Of a DNA stretch of 64,000 nucleotides, positions 9,188 through 17,460 are shown piece after piece. Where the stretch lies: positions 171,557-235,556 of the forward strand of contig CBDFJA010000003.1 of NCBI GenBank assembly GCA_965248365.1, written 5' to 3'. Numbering within the stretch: the stretch's first letter is position 1; the number at the start of each line of letters is the position of its first letter. The DNA is from Bryobacterales bacterium (GTDB lineage Bacteria > Acidobacteriota > Terriglobia > Bryobacterales > UBA6623). The notes under the pieces are model-generated. The model saw only the letters and a program-made list of their open reading frames with translations. It was not told where the DNA came from and made no database searches. A program made the translations under genes and the position numbers.

Positions 9188-10012
9188 GACCGGCGGCAGA
9201 TACCCCAGCGCCGAGTGCAAACGTTTCTCGTTGTAGACGCGATCGAGAAACTGCCCGACGCGCCGTTTCGCCTCGGCGAAATCTTCATACTCGAACAAAT
9301 AGACCTCTTCATATTTCAAGGTCTTCATGAACGATTCCGCCATGGCGTTGTCGTAGGGATTGGCCTTGCGGCTCATGCTGATGCTAATGCCGTGCTGTTG
9401 GAGCAGCTTCGTGTAGTCGCCCGAGGCGTACTGCACGCCGCGGTCGGAGTGATGCACCAAGCCCGGCCCGATCTCGCGTGTCCGCAAGGCCGTCCGTAAG
9501 GCGGCCAACGCCAACTCCGCCTCCAAAGTGCGACCCAGCGACCAGCCGATCACCCGCCGCGAGAAGGCGTCCAACACCACCGCCAGATACACGAACTCCC
9601 GCAACAGCCGAATGTAGGTGATGTCGGCCACCCAGAGTTGGTTCACAGCGCTGATATCGAGCGTCGGCACGAGATTCGGGTAAACCGCCATGCCGTGTTC
9701 GGAATCGGTCGTGCGGATGAATTTCTTGCGGCGCAGACACAGCAGGTTGTCCTGGCGCATGATGCGCTGCACGCGCTTGCGGTTGATCACCCAACCTTGG
9801 CGCCGCAGCTCGGCGGTGATGCGCCGCGAGCCGTAGGCGGGCATCTCCACGGCGATGCGCTGGATCACGTCCCGCAACGCCGTCTCGTTGTCGCCCGCGG
9901 GCGGTTGACGAGCCCGGTAGTAGGCCGCGCGGGAGACCTCCAGCACACGACACATCGCGGCCAACGACAAGCCCGCTCCCGTTTCCCGTTGTTGCTCGAT
10001 CAAGGGGATCAT
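9134..10012 (-). CDS. IS3-B OrfB (rve integrase-core transposase)
   Basis: ...WVADITYIRL...HHSDRGVQYAS...RKANPYDNAMAESFMKTLKYEE...RLHSALGYLPPVEYE. The frame is open upstream of the ATG, consistent with an OrfAB fusion. Confidence 0.88.
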   Translation of the reverse strand: MIPLIEQQRETGAGLSLAAMCRVLEVSRAAYYRARQPPAGDNETALRDVIQRIAVEMPAYGSRRITAELRRQGWVINRKRVQRIMRQDNLLCLRRKKFIRTTDSEHGMAVYPNLVPTLDISAVNQLWVADITYIRLLREFVYLAVVLDAFSRRVIGWSLGRTLEAELALAALRTALRTREIGPGLVHHSDRGVQYASGDYTKLLQQHGISISMSRKANPYDNAMAESFMKTLKYEEVYLFEYEDFAEAKRRVGQFLDRVYNEKRLHSALGYLPPVEYEQSVLEQASLAGVVG

Positions 10013-10344
10013 CTTGTCTTTGAAGACGCGGCGCTCGGAAGCTGTTGTTCCTCGAGCCGCGCCAAGGCCTTTTTTAACAGGGCGTTCTCCATCGTGAGCC
10101 GGCCCACCATCTGCTCCAGCTCGCTCACCTGGATCTGCTCGTCATTGGGCTCGCGGTCGCGCTGAAAGGCTCGTTCGGGATCGCGGCGCAGCTGTTGCCG
10201 CCACTTGCTCAAAAGCGTCGGATGGATCTCATGTCGCCGCGCCACGGCGGCGACCGAGGCTCCCGCCTCGACCTGCCTCACCGCCCGTAACTTGAACTCG
10301 GCGGAAAACTTTCTCCTGGACAACGTCATGGCACCTCTCTCCAT
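10009..10344 (-). CDS. IS3-B OrfA (HTH protein)
   Basis: [41 protein letters not shown], typical of IS3-family OrfA. Confidence 0.85.
   Translation of the reverse strand: MERGAMTLSRRKFSAEFKLRAVRQVEAGASVAAVARRHEIHPTLLSKWRQQLRRDPERAFQRDREPNDEQIQVSELEQMVGRLTMENALLKKALARLEEQQLPSAASSKTR
10069..10075 (-). promoter_or_regulatory. Slippery heptamer A_AAA_AAG of IS3-B (orfA to orfB -1 frameshift)
   Basis: The minus strand reads tta aaa aag gcc in the orfA frame. A -1 shift enters the orfB frame (KKGLGAARG...[11 protein letters not shown]). Confidence 0.7.
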
Positions 10345-10935
10345 TCACTGTAAAAAGATGCTTAACGAGTTGTCTCATTTTCGGGGTCCACTCCACTTCG
10401 TGCATGAGCGAACCCATGACGGAAGGGCCTTTCGATTATTAACCCTACTGGATGAATACACCCGGGAGTGTCTGGCCATTGAGGTCCAACGACAGATGAA
10501 TCACCAGGACGTGTTGGATCGATTGGCGGAGTTGTTCGTGGATCGGGGAGTGCCTGAATACATTCGGTCCGATAACGGGTCAGAGTTTACGGCTCAGGCG
10601 GTTCGGGACTGGCTGAAGGCTGTTGGGGTGAGGACCTTATACATCGAGCCCGGCAGCCCCTGGGAGAATGGATATGTGGAGAGCTTCAACGGAAAACTGC
10701 GGGATGAACTGCTGAACGTAGAAGTCTTCGACACGTTGTGGGAGGCGAAGGTGTTGGCCGAGAGATGGCGCAGGGAGTACAACCAGCGACGGCCTCACAG
10801 CGCCTTGGCCTATCGGCCGCCGGCGCCGGAGGCCAGATTACCCAGGTCCCAGGACCAGAGTTCTATACCATGGAGTGGACTTCAAATGGTCCCAGGTCTA
10901 ACTTAGAGAGTGGACTCGTTCCTGGGGGCAGGTCA

Positions 10936-11098
10936 GGCACGCTGTCCCTTGCTTTAGCAATGGCAGGATTGGCGTTGAGCGCATCATTGATCAAGAGACG
11001 CTCGATGAAATCATCCACTACGGCGGCGATGCTATAGACGCCGCCTAACCGCTCATAAAGCGCCGGCTCCGTGGCTTCCTCGGTGACCGCCGCCTCTT
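10936..11098 (-). pseudogene. Fragment of a group-1 truncated-hemoglobin-like gene, cut at both ends by IS elements
   Basis: The minus frame reads ...EPALYERLGGVYSIAAVVDDFIERLLINDALNANPAIAKARDS, which resembles truncated-globin N-termini. It lies between the IS3-A C1 end and IS630 copy E1. Confidence 0.45.
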
Positions 11099-11100
11099 TA

Positions 11101-11616
11101 TTGAATCTCGCATAATATAGAGTTAGTCAGGGCCAAGAGGAGACTGCTTCCAGAAGGCCGTGATCAAGCGCGGTTTGCGGCGCATGCGACGCAGGGATTT
11201 GCGGGCACGCTCGTCCAGCTCCCCGTAGTCCTTCGGACAGACGTTCGGCAACTCGTGCTGCTTCCAGTAAGCCCAAATGTATTCCACCGGGTTCAGCTCC
11301 GGTGCATAGGGCGGCAAGCACTCCGTGGCGATGTGGCCTTCGGAGAGCTCGATGAACTCCCGCACCAGGCGGCTGCGGTGCGCTGGCAGGCGGTCCCAGA
11401 CGATCAGCAGCGGGCCGTCGATGTGGCGGACCAAAGCCTTCAGGAAGTCGATGACGCCTCGGACTGACTCAAACCTTCGTCGACGACCAGCCGCACGGCC
11501 TCCAGCCGTCGCTTTTCCAGAGCATCAAAATCGCGCCTTACGCCTCTTGGGTTCCCCCATGTCTATTAAGACGAGCAGAACCCCCAAAAGGTCACTCTAA
11601 ATTATGCGGGAGTCAA
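11101..11616 (-). mobile_element. IS630-family internal-deletion derivative (E1, 516 bp, non-autonomous)
   Basis: Both termini are present (TTGAATCTCGCATAATAT... and ...ATTATGCGGGAGTCAA), flanked by TA at 11099-11100 and 11617-11618. About 580 bp of the transposase middle is missing (junction ...gaagtcgatgac|gcctcggactg...). Confidence 0.85.
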
Positions 11617-11618
11617 TA

Positions 11619-11743
11619 GCTGGAGGCGAAGATGACGCTGGTGTTTCCCCCGCTTCCCCGCAACCACTCAAACTTACCGCAGCCGGCAAGAGCGCGATCA
11701 ACGCGATTCCCAACAGTGTCTTGCTAACCTTGTCCCCCGTCAT
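11619..11743 (-). pseudogene. N-terminal fragment of a lipoprotein gene truncated by IS630 E1
   Basis: SD aaggagg, then MTGDKVSKTLLGIALIALLPAAVSLSGC (lipobox LSGC). The reading frame then runs into the IS terminus. Confidence 0.55.
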
Positions 11744-11973
11744 GAACAATCTTCCTCCTTCGGTTTCCCCAAGATTACCAAAATCTGCCCGGCACAGTCG
11801 GCTGCGCCGAACAGGAAGGCCGAGTCGGTGGACGTCGGCAAAGGGGGCGCAATGCATCGCCCCTGCATCCCCGACGGCGGGCATTTGCTTCCACCCTGAC
11901 GGCCCCTGCGGAGAAGATCGTATCGGGCACGGCGAGGGTGTGCGAGAGCAAAGAAACTGAGCCTGCAACGCTA

Positions 11974-12059
11974 GCGCGCATTTCTCACCACCTGGCGGTC
12001 GAAGCACGCCATAAGCCCGCCATGACTTCGTTGCGCTTGCTCGCCGTGCTCAACGTACT
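11974..12059 (-). repeat. MITE-194 right half (M3)
   Basis: TA, then gcgcgcatttctcaccacctggcggtcgaagcacgcc...gtgctcaacgtac, which matches the right half of the full copies. The other half is at 13229-13325. Confidence 0.75.
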
Positions 12060-12146
12060 TTCCCGGTCGGGTGCCGAGCGCGGGTCGCTGCTGCTTTCGG
12101 TAGAGCCAAAATACGAAACGGTTATTGAATCTCGCATAATATCGAG

Positions 12147-13165
12147 TTAGTCAAGGCCAAGAGAAGACTGCTTCCAGAAGGCCGTAATCAAGCGCGGTTT
12201 GCGGCGCATGCGACGCAGGGATTTGCGGGCACGCTCGTCCAGCTCCCAGTAGTCCTTCGGACAGACGTTCGGCAACTCGTGCTGCTTCCAGTAAGCCCAA
12301 ATGTATTCCACCGGGTTCAGCTCCGGTGCATAGGGCGGCAAGCACTCCGTGGCGATGTGGCCTTCGGAGAGCTCGATGAACTCCCGCACCAGGCGGCTGC
12401 GGTGCGCCGGCAGGCGGTCCCAGACGATCAGCAGCGGGCCGTCGATGTGGCGGACCAAAGCCTTCAGGAAGTCGATGACCTCCAGCTCGCCGATGGCGCC
12501 GGGATAGAGCCGGAAGTAGAAGTTGCGCAAGGTCAGCCCGGCGGAAACGGAAAGTTTCTGCCAGTTGAAGTTGAACTCCAGCACGGGTGTCTCGCCGCGG
12601 GGCGCCCAGGTGCGGCAACGATGGGGCTTCTGACTCAGTCCGCTTTCGTCGATGAAGACGATCGTGCGGCCTTGTTTTTGGGCTTTTTTTTAGTGGCCGG
12701 CCAAGTCTTGCGCCGCCAGTTGCGGATGGCTTCTTCGTTGCGCTCGCGGGCCTTGCCGACAGGCCGTTGCGGGCTCCAGTGGAGCGCCCGCAGGATCTTC
12801 CAAACATGACCTTCGTGATAGCGCACGCCGAACTCGTCGGCGATCAGACGAGCGACTCGCGGACAAGTCCACAGCGGCGTCGAGAAGCCCTGCGCTTCGG
12901 GGCCCCGCAGCAGCATTGCCTCCAGACGTTCCCGTTGCGTGGCGTCTAACAGCGGCTTGCGGCCGGCGCGCCCGGCCCGGCGGAGTCCGGCGGCACCGTA
13001 CGCGCCATGCTCGCTAACCCAACGGCTCACGCTTTGCTGCGCCGCCTTCACGCGCCGTGCTGCCTCGGACTGACTCAAACCTTCGTCAACGACCAGCCGC
13101 ACGGCCTCCAGCCGTCGCTTTTCCAGAGCATCAAAATCGCGCCTTACGCCTCTTGGGTTCCCCAT
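12147..13165 (-). CDS. IS630-family transposase, two frames joined by a -1 frameshift in an A8 run
   Basis: The N-terminal HTH frame (MGNPRGVRRDF...AIRNWRRKTWPATKK) ends shortly after the A-run. The DDE frame continues KAQKQGRTIVFIDESG...LLIVWDRLPAHRS...PPYAPELNPVEYIW. Confidence 0.8.
12683..12689 (-). promoter_or_regulatory. Putative slippery heptamer A_AAA_AAG in the IS630 transposase gene
   Basis: The zero frame reads act aaa aaa aag ccc. A -1 shift reads aaa aaa gcc caa aaa caa ggc, which is KKAQKQG of the DDE-domain frame. The T8 run on the plus strand is at 12684-12691. Confidence 0.6.
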
Positions 13166-13228
13166 GTCTATTAAGACGGGCAGACCCCCAAAAAGTTACT
13201 CTATATTATGCGGGAGTCAATAGGCTGC

Positions 13229-13325
13229 ACCCGCAAAACTACACCTCCGCGCGCCAAGCGGCGCGCACCTTGTACTGACGGGCCTCTTACGCACTTCGCC
13301 TCGCCACGTGGTGAGAAAAGCGGGC
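13229..13325 (-). repeat. MITE-194 left half (M4)
   Basis: acccgca...gccaagcggcgcgcaccttgtactgacgggcctcttacgcacttcgcctcgccacgtggtgagaaaagcgggc matches the left half in reverse orientation. It forms one split MITE with 11974-12059. Confidence 0.75.
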
Positions 13326-13567
13326 CAGTGACCGGCCAAGTATCCGGACGACTATTGCACCGTGGCCCACCGAAAATCCGCCGGTTCTCGTCCCTTTGGG
13401 CGGGCCGCGGGATCATGAGCACCCGCTCCCGTTGGCGGATCGGCGCTCGAGGTACTGGGATGGTAAGGGCGGGTGATTCCTCGGTTACCCGACGCTTGCT
13501 AACGACTTGCTCCAGGCGGACAATAAGAATTAGCTGGCTATCGGCCGGCAGACGAAATCGCGCGCCG

Positions 13568-14191
13568 ATGGGACAGCCCAGTCAATCGTTGGACCTTGCC
13601 GAGTCGGAACTGGTCGACCAGTCCAGGAGCGGGGACCGTGCGGCCTTCACGGAACTGGTCGAGCGCTATGCCGCCAAGATCTTCCGCCTGGCGCGGCATA
13701 TCACCAAGAACGACCACGACGCCGAGGACGTTCTTCAAGAGGCTTTCCTCAAGGCCTACTCCCGGCTGGATCAATTTCAGGGAAACTCGAGATTCTACAC
13801 ATGGCTGGTGCGCATCACGGTCAACGAGGCCTTGATGAATCTCAGGCGGACGAAGACGCGAAAGACCGTATCTCTCGATCAGGAGATCGAGTCCCAGGAC
13901 GGCCCATTCCGGCGGCAGGCGGCGTCGGAGGAGGAGAGTCCCGAAGAACGCTACGGCCGTCTCGAGACCCGCGAATATCTGGCGAAAGCGATCGATGGCC
14001 TGTCGGAAGCCTACCGCTCGGTCTTCGTGCTGCGCGACATCGAGGGCCTTTCGACGGAGGAGACCGCCGAGATGCTGGACCTCTCCGTTTCAGCCGTGAA
14101 GTCTCGGCTACTCAGGGCGCGTCTGCAATTGCGGGGAAAACTCAAGCGACAACTAGGTCAAAATGGGAAACCAACGCAAAATCAACTGTAA
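13568..14191 (+). CDS. ECF-type RNA polymerase sigma-70 factor
   Basis: Region 2 (DAEDVLQEAFLKAYSRLDQFQG.SRFYTWLVRITVNEAL) and region 4 (LSTEETAEMLDLSVSAVKSRLLRAR). I chose the internal ATG at 13568. The tracked ORF's upstream part lies in MITE and IS flank DNA. Confidence 0.85.
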   Translation: MGQPSQSLDLAESELVDQSRSGDRAAFTELVERYAAKIFRLARHITKNDHDAEDVLQEAFLKAYSRLDQFQGNSRFYTWLVRITVNEALMNLRRTKTRKTVSLDQEIESQDGPFRRQAASEEESPEERYGRLETREYLAKAIDGLSEAYRSVFVLRDIEGLSTEETAEMLDLSVSAVKSRLLRARLQLRGKLKRQLGQNGKPTQNQL

Positions 14192-14420
14192 GGGTCTCGT
14201 CGAGGAGTTGTCGGGTTACATCGACGGGGACCTCGATGCGGAACTTCGAGCGTCCATCGAGGCCCACCTTGGGAAGTGCCCCGACTGTTGGGTGGTGTAT
14301 GACGAGATGAGAAGAACCATTGAGATCTCGCAAAGCGTCAACTGCCACCCGCTACCGGCGGACGTCCACGATCGGCTGCTGAAGATTCTCGAACAGCGCC
14401 GGGACGCCTCCCGCGAATGA
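14163..14420 (+). CDS. Zinc-binding anti-sigma factor (ZAS type)
   Basis: 85 aa with the H-x3-C-x2-C motif (EAHLGKCPDC). It overlaps the 3' end of the sigma gene. Confidence 0.75.
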   Translation: MGNQRKINCKGLVEELSGYIDGDLDAELRASIEAHLGKCPDCWVVYDEMRRTIEISQSVNCHPLPADVHDRLLKILEQRRDASRE

Positions 14421-14661
14421 TCCGCCGCTCCCCCGGGGATGCGTGGCGTTTCGCAACACGGGCATGGGACGCCGAGTTTGTCGGGTCGAGAGCCGCGCTG
14501 TTCCGCCTCTCCACAATCGCCTTCCGCCGGAACGGTGCAAATTGTCTTTTTAGGGCCGAAAAGCCGAAACCCGATCGAGGGTCCGGCAAGTCTAACCATA
14601 GAGGAGGATTGCTCGACCGACCCCGCTGAACCGGGCGATCCTCCGCCGCGGAGGTTCGACA

Positions 14662-15336
14662 ATGTCGGCTACCCTCATGAACTCGCTCCCTGTTTCGTCG
14701 ATCGGCGATGACCCGCTTCTGCTCCTGCCTCGACGAAAACCTCAATATTTTCATAAAGATCAGACGATCTATTCCTCGCGGGACCCGGCCGACAGCCTTC
14801 TGCTCGTGGTCGACGGGACGGTCAAGCTGAGCCGTATCTCCGGCAGCGGCCGGGAAACAGTACTCGACTTTTGCGTGCAGGACTCGTTCTTCGGAGAGTC
14901 AAGCCTGCTGGGACTCCCCGACCGGGGGGAAACCGCCGTCGCGTTCGAGGACACGGCTCTCATGGAATGGTCGATGGTGGAGCTGGGGCAGCTCATGCTC
15001 CGCACGCCGGAACTGGGGCCGTCATTATTGCGAGTGCTTGCCGGCAAGCTGTTCGAGGCCGATTCCAGAATCGAAAGCTTGGCCACGGACCAGATCTCCC
15101 ACCGCCTGTTGAAGGCGCTGTTGACGCTCGGCAAGCGGTTCGGTTCGACCGACGGTTCGGGAGAAATCCACATCATGCCCATTACCCACGAGGTATTGGG
15201 TAAATATGTCGGCACGTCGCGTGAGATTATCACCCAGCATATGAGTCAGTTACGTCGGCGGGGTTTGGTTGATTATTCGCGCGCGGGGATCGAGTTTACA
15301 CCCTCCGAACTGAAAAAAGCTCTCTCCTCCGCCTGA
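14662..15336 (+). CDS. Crp/Fnr-family transcriptional regulator
   Basis: cNMP-binding beta-roll (DSFFGESSLLG) and a C-terminal HTH (ITHEVLGKYVGTSREIITQHMSQLRRRGLV). There is no N-terminal Cys cluster. Confidence 0.85.
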   Translation: MSATLMNSLPVSSIGDDPLLLLPRRKPQYFHKDQTIYSSRDPADSLLLVVDGTVKLSRISGSGRETVLDFCVQDSFFGESSLLGLPDRGETAVAFEDTALMEWSMVELGQLMLRTPELGPSLLRVLAGKLFEADSRIESLATDQISHRLLKALLTLGKRFGSTDGSGEIHIMPITHEVLGKYVGTSREIITQHMSQLRRRGLVDYSRAGIEFTPSELKKALSSA

Positions 15337-15342
15337 GGAGAA

Positions 15343-15378
15343 CTTCACGAGCGAACAGGGGAGGTCGCTCGAGTGAAG
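15343..15378 (+). terminator. Hairpin downstream of the crp-like gene (possible intrinsic terminator, no U-tract)
   Basis: cttcacgagcga (15343-15354) pairs with tcgctcgagtgaag (15365-15378) with a 2-nt bulge, 7 nt after the stop codon. Confidence 0.3.
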
Positions 15379-15389
15379 CCGGCTGGCCT

Positions 15390-15419
15390 GCCCTTTCTCA
15401 CCACCTGACGGTCGCACGC
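15390..15419. repeat. Solo MITE-194 TIR (right-TIR type)
   Basis: gccctttctcaccacctgacggtcgcacgc resembles the right TIR. It lies 23 bp from full copy M5. Confidence 0.6.
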
Positions 15420-15442
15420 TGAAAGCGCGCGCCGCATCTCTA

Positions 15443-15636
15443 GCCCGCTTTTCTCACCAGGTGGCGAGGCGAAGTGCGTGAGAGGCCTGTCAGTACAAGG
15501 CGTGCGCCGCTTAGCGCCGCATTTCTTGAATAATGCCGGCGTACTTGAACCCTACGTTGAGCACGGCGAGCACGCACAACGCAGTGATGGCGGGCCTACC
15601 GCGTGCTTCGACCGTCAGGTGGTGAGAAATGCGGGC
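15443..15636 (+). repeat. MITE-194 full copy (M5)
   Basis: 194 bp, flanked by TA at 15441-15442 and 15637-15638. TIRs as in M2 and M7. Confidence 0.85.
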
Positions 15637-15730
15637 TAGGCTCATTCGGAAGTCTTGTCGTGGACAGCTTACCGGAAGGCGCTCGTCTTCCGCGCGAATT
15701 CGGACGCGCGCGATTTTCCGCAGCCGCCCG

Positions 15731-16984
15731 TTAATCGCGGGGCACGACCACGTCCAGACCAATCGGGTCGTGGTCGGAGAGGGGAACGGCGCGTCGTTCC
15801 CGCAGCTCGTGGATGATGATGGGGTTCCTGCCGCACAGACCTCGGGTTGCGAACCAGTCGATTTTCAGGGGACACTTGCCGCCATGATTGCGCAACGCCC
15901 AGCGGATGAAAGCAAAACACCAAGCCGGCACCCACTCCCGGAGGTTCTTGTGGGTTTTCGCATCCTCCACATCGTAGGACGCGGTACGATCCCCCAGAGA
16001 GTTGCAGCGTCGATAGTCGAAGGCGTGTGATTCAACCAGTCGAAACAGGTCCTTCTCGAAGCGCTTATAGGGGTGCAGATAATGATTGCGGATCACGTTG
16101 TCAACGCCCATGAACACGCGCCGCCAGAAACCTAAGATCGCGTACGCGGCTCGCGACGAATTGTAGGTCATGGTGTTCCAGTCGCCTCCGATGACGACAG
16201 GACCGTCGGCATGGAGTCCGTTGAGCACATCGCGCATCTGATCATGACGGTGACGTTGACTCGATTGGGCGTCCAAGTGCACCGAGGCGGCGGTCACCGA
16301 GTAGTTGGGAAACTCAATTTCGGCGAGGAGGGAAACTTGGCGGCCCAGACGTTTTTCGCGGCCCGCCATCTTGTCCTTTCCATTTTTCAAGGGAATCATT
16401 CGGACACGGCGAATCGGGTAACGGCTGAGAATCGCGTTCCCGTGCAACCCCAAGCGGTTCTCCCCATCCGCCTCCTGCTCGACACCGGCGCCCTTGCTGA
16501 GATTCAAGTAACAAGGACCGAATGCATAGTGCATCCCGAGTTCGCGCGCCAACTCGAGCGCGACCGCGCGGTTTCCCGAGCGGACCATGCCGAGGTCGGT
16601 TTCGGTCAACAACAAAACGTCGCATCTTTTGAGGTAGTAGTGCGTGCGCAGAGCCTCCAGTTGTCTCTCAAACTGGACGCCGCGCTCAACGTTCCACGCT
16701 AGGAAGCGGTATTGCGATCGGGGAGGCGCCGGTTCGCGCGTGAAGTCACCTGTGTCACTGGCGCCTAAAACCTCGGCCACCGTGTCGCGAATGGACTGAT
16801 AGACAGGGTGTACGGTCACCTCGGCCGTCGATCGGCAACGCGCCAACTCCGGAAGACAAGGAAGGAGTTGATCGGCAATGAGCCGATAAGTTTCTTGGGC
16901 CGAACAGCTAAACTGCTCTCGTCCCAGAGGCTTAGGCCGAATGTAGACTCCTTGCGGGTTTCGAACAGCTCGCGTTGCTTCCAT
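15731..16984 (-). CDS. Endonuclease/exonuclease/phosphatase (EEP) family protein
   Basis: 417 aa with FLAWNVERG, DVLLLTETD, LHGNAILSRYPI, SVHLDAQSS, GGDWNT and PLSDHDPI, which are typical EEP catalytic motifs. Confidence 0.8.
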   Translation of the reverse strand: MEATRAVRNPQGVYIRPKPLGREQFSCSAQETYRLIADQLLPCLPELARCRSTAEVTVHPVYQSIRDTVAEVLGASDTGDFTREPAPPRSQYRFLAWNVERGVQFERQLEALRTHYYLKRCDVLLLTETDLGMVRSGNRAVALELARELGMHYAFGPCYLNLSKGAGVEQEADGENRLGLHGNAILSRYPIRRVRMIPLKNGKDKMAGREKRLGRQVSLLAEIEFPNYSVTAASVHLDAQSSQRHRHDQMRDVLNGLHADGPVVIGGDWNTMTYNSSRAAYAILGFWRRVFMGVDNVIRNHYLHPYKRFEKDLFRLVESHAFDYRRCNSLGDRTASYDVEDAKTHKNLREWVPAWCFAFIRWALRNHGGKCPLKIDWFATRGLCGRNPIIIHELRERRAVPLSDHDPIGLDVVVPRD

Positions 16985-17244
16985 CTCTAATGAAACGACT
17001 TCGGCCTATTCCTTGCCGCGACACTTGTAGAGCACTCGCCGCCTAGGGCTACCCGCGGAAGAAATGCTGGGCGCCCTCCATCGGTGTCCCCACCCAAGTG
17101 TCGGAAGTACGTGAACCATTCTCGCTAAGGCTATCAGATTTCGACAGCAGGGAAAACCCTCAGAGAGCACTACCAAAGTGCCTATGACCCTAAGGCAAAA
17201 TCCTCATAGCCCTGGCTTATGGACGCGGCTAAGATCAAGGGCTT

Positions 17245-17460
17245 ATGTTACAATCGGACACTTCCGTGAGCGCCCCGTCCGTCCTGGAATTGAACGAGCC
17301 TTCCGCGGCAATCCTCTCGAGCCGAGAAGCCCAATCGACCAACGTAGCCTCCATAGGACTCGTCGTACTGTGTACTGTAATCGGCGCGGCGGCGCAGATC
17401 TTGATGCGAAACGGCGCCGCTCTGATGGTAGACACCGGCTGGGCGGGCGTTCTCTCGAAT
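17245..17460 (+). pseudogene. N-terminal fragment of a membrane (EamA/DMT-like?) protein truncated by IS4 copy F
   Basis: One TM helix (IGLVVLCTVIGAAAQILMRNGA), then the frame runs into the IS4 terminus at 17461. Confidence 0.35.

Larger units (their letters stand above)
8546..10395 (-). mobile_element. Second IS3-family element (IS3-B, 1850 bp) nested in orfB of IS3-A C1
   Basis: IRs TGGGGTGGACCCC / TGGAGTGGACCCC. 3-bp direct repeat CTT at 8543-8545 and 10396-10398. Removing it restores ...[13 protein letters not shown] of IS3-A orfB. Confidence 0.9.
7814..10935 (+). mobile_element. IS3-family element IS3-A, copy C1 (1269 bp) carrying nested IS3-B
   Basis: IRs TGACCTTGCCCCCTAAAACGAGTCCA / TGACCTGCCCCCAGGAACGAGTCCA. 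orfA and orfB are typical of the IS3 family. orfB is interrupted at 8545/8546 by a second IS. There is no matching flank duplication: left flank is IS4 B, right flank is a globin fragment. Confidence 0.9.
12125..13220 (-). mobile_element. IS630-family insertion sequence, copy E2 (1096 bp)
   Basis: Termini TTGAATCTCGCATAATATCGAG / CTCTATATTATGCGGGAGTCAA, flanked by TA at 12123-12124 and 13221-13222. Confidence 0.9.
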
